Assembly: GCF_009914755.1 (NCBI RefSeq)
Contig: NC_060926.1
Direction: 5' to 3' (one strand)
Origin: the human T2T-CHM13v2.0 reference genome, Homo sapiens
Length of the DNA: 64,000 nucleotides
Shown: positions 61,011 through 64,000 of the stretch, one piece after another
Numbering within the stretch: the first letter of the stretch is position 1
Layout of the letters: each line of letters opens with the position of its first letter
Made by a program: the position numbers and the translations under genes
Notes under the pieces: generated by a model
What the model was told of the DNA's origin: nothing
Seen by the model: the letters and a program-made list of their open reading frames with translations, nothing else
Database searches by the model: none

Positions 61011-63428
61011 CATATTGCAATGCATTATATAATTTAATCCTCACAAGGGCCCCCATGAAGTGCATATTATTATCCTGATGTTCCCAGAAGTATAGAGAAG
61101 TTGAGGAGCCTCAAAAATCATACAGCCAGCAAGACAGAGATCTAGGATTTGAACACATATGTCTGACACCAAAGCTCTCCTTCTTTCTTTTCTACTACCA
61201 CTCATTCCAGTTCTTTTAACTTCTGGTCATGGACCTTTATGTTGCACAGCCTGGTCTTTTAATGGAATCAATAAAATTTCAGAATTTCAGGAGTGGGGGC
61301 TGGAGGGATGCATAATGTTCAATTTAAAGCTACTTTGCTACTAAAATCAACACAACTGCATCTTCTTTCAGTCCACCTTTTTTTTAGCATCTCCTTCATG
61401 CCAGGCACTGTGTGGAGAGATGGTGCTACAGAGGTAAACTAATCCAGCTACAGTCCTTGCCTTCATGGGCTTTCAGCAAAGTAATCTACTCCTCACACTT
61501 AATTCTCCTGAGAAGGCTTCCTGGATACACTTGAGAATGAACTCCACTTTGGTTATACAGACACATGGAACTCCATCACTGCTGTTGCTGAGAAAATATC
61601 AATGGCTACATTATTTTCAACTGCTGCCTATGAGTTATATCAGAGATTAATTGATCAGCTAAATGAGAAAATGCAGAGAATACACAAGGAATAAATCGAT
61701 GAAGGAAAAAGTGTGCTGTGTCTTCTATACCTGGGATCAATTGTGTTACAGCTCACTCAGAGAGGCACCAGATTGCCAAACAGCCTGCTTGCAAGGGGTC
61801 ACAAATAGGGCAAATCACCAGCTTAACAACATGTGAAATTTTCATTGTCTTATTTATAACCAATTTCTCACTAAAGTGAACAACATTTCTTAATGGTACA
61901 GTTCTGCAGAAGAACAAACTAGAAATGTTTTCTTTCCTTCTAATTGGGACAAAACTGATCATCACCTAATGGGCTCTTTACAGAGAATAAAAGAAACTAA
62001 ACTAAAAAAAATGCTCAGCACGAATTGGACGCTAAGGATTAAATGAAAATAAAAGGACAGTTTTGTTTCATTTTTACCTCAGATCTTTAAAGGTACTGTT
62101 AGAAAAATCTAATAATTGTTTTATAACTCTTATTTGGTAGAAAAAGCTAATTATTATTAAAAATTTTAATAAAAATGAGAAAGGATTGTCGAGAAGTGAA
62201 AAATTAAAAGGGAGATTTCCAATGTTGAAAAAGCACCTTTTATGAACATAAAAATCTATCAGTCTGTCCTCCCCTAACCATATTTGGATAGGATCTGACA
62301 CATTAAAAGCTGGACGTTAGCCCAGTTAGCCTGAGTGAGAAGTGATTCAGGAGACACCAGACATAAACCAAATGGCTGGCCCCACAACCAGTGGGTAAAA
62401 GATGCTTGCTGTCCAGCAGGGTCTGCAGAGCCAAGTGGTCACAGTGCCCAGAGAAGCCCCCTTGGGCAGGCGACCCCTACAAACCTCAGCTTCTACTCCT
62501 GGGCAGAGGCTTTTACAGTCCTGAAAATGCTATGCTACAGAAGAGACATTCTGCGAGTGAAAAAAGCCATTATTCCACCCAGGAAAAAGATGATTTTTTT
62601 TTCCCATAACCGCAGTGGCCATCAAAAAATGGATTCATTTTTCTTGTGCTGTACTCTGGGCCCATAAAATAGTTTCAGGATCTCAAAAAGACGATGTCGT
62701 AGATGGAAGTTTTGTTGCAATGAGCCAGCCAGAAGTGAGAATGACTTTAAAAGACTGAATTTTTAAAATGCTCTAAACCCAAAGATTAAGAAAATATAAA
62801 ATATTACAGATAGGTCACTCCTTTTGTGTTGTGTGAGTTAATCATGTTTATTCAATGGGTCCCACTTTAAATGCAGTATGTCAAATCCTAAAATATTATT
62901 CTTAGTTCTTTTAAAATTACATGACATATTCTCTTATCAACATAGGCCAATAAAATACAAACAGGCATAATTGGTGCAAGACAACCCTTAACAGCTAGTC
63001 CAGGTTAATCCACTGGCATGGATTAGATTATGAAAGGTTTAAATAACTAATTTCAAAGTCTTACATATACATCAGGGATTTCATTTGACTAAGCTTAGTG
63101 ATTATTTGAGTGTTAACCAGAGTAAGTTGAGAGGCTATAAAACCCATGCCAAATCACATTCAATAACATGAGACCTAGGGAGGTCTAACTGGAACTGCAG
63201 AATTGACGTGAAAAAAATACTAAGGAATATTTTCATTATAGATTTATGAATGTGAAGTGGATTGGGATAGATTTTTTTTTTAAGCTAAGGGTGAAAAAAT
63301 AGAGATTTAGTGAAAATAAGTTAGGGCAAAATGGCACCTTGTGATTTAGAATTGTATGTTTTGCATCTCATACCCCTACAGAGGCTGGCTGTGCCTTAGA
63401 CACAGTAGTGATTTGCTTCTTTTGGGGG

Positions 63429-64000
<572 letters not shown>

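Overview
Primate (human or close great-ape) genomic DNA: AT-rich, CpG-poor, with 18 Alu copies and many L1, L2, MIR, MLT1 and MER fossils. The window lies inside the NCKAP5 gene on the minus strand. Two short phase-0 coding exons are visible: 17210-17278 (AENSALALENENQREQYERCLDE) and 7324-7362 (VANQVVQALLTQK). The rest is intron, and the supplied ORFs are almost all repeat-derived or chance. I found no new multi-gene system. The least explained structures are a near-perfect 36-bp-stem hairpin at 51446-51533, two short local templated duplications (171 bp and about 121 bp) within 5 kb, a tail-to-tail inverted Alu pair about 12 bp apart, nested transposons including a full-length Tigger1, and several candidate splicing elements. 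Repeat subfamily names and boundaries are by-eye estimates from remembered consensus sequences, not RepeatMasker output.
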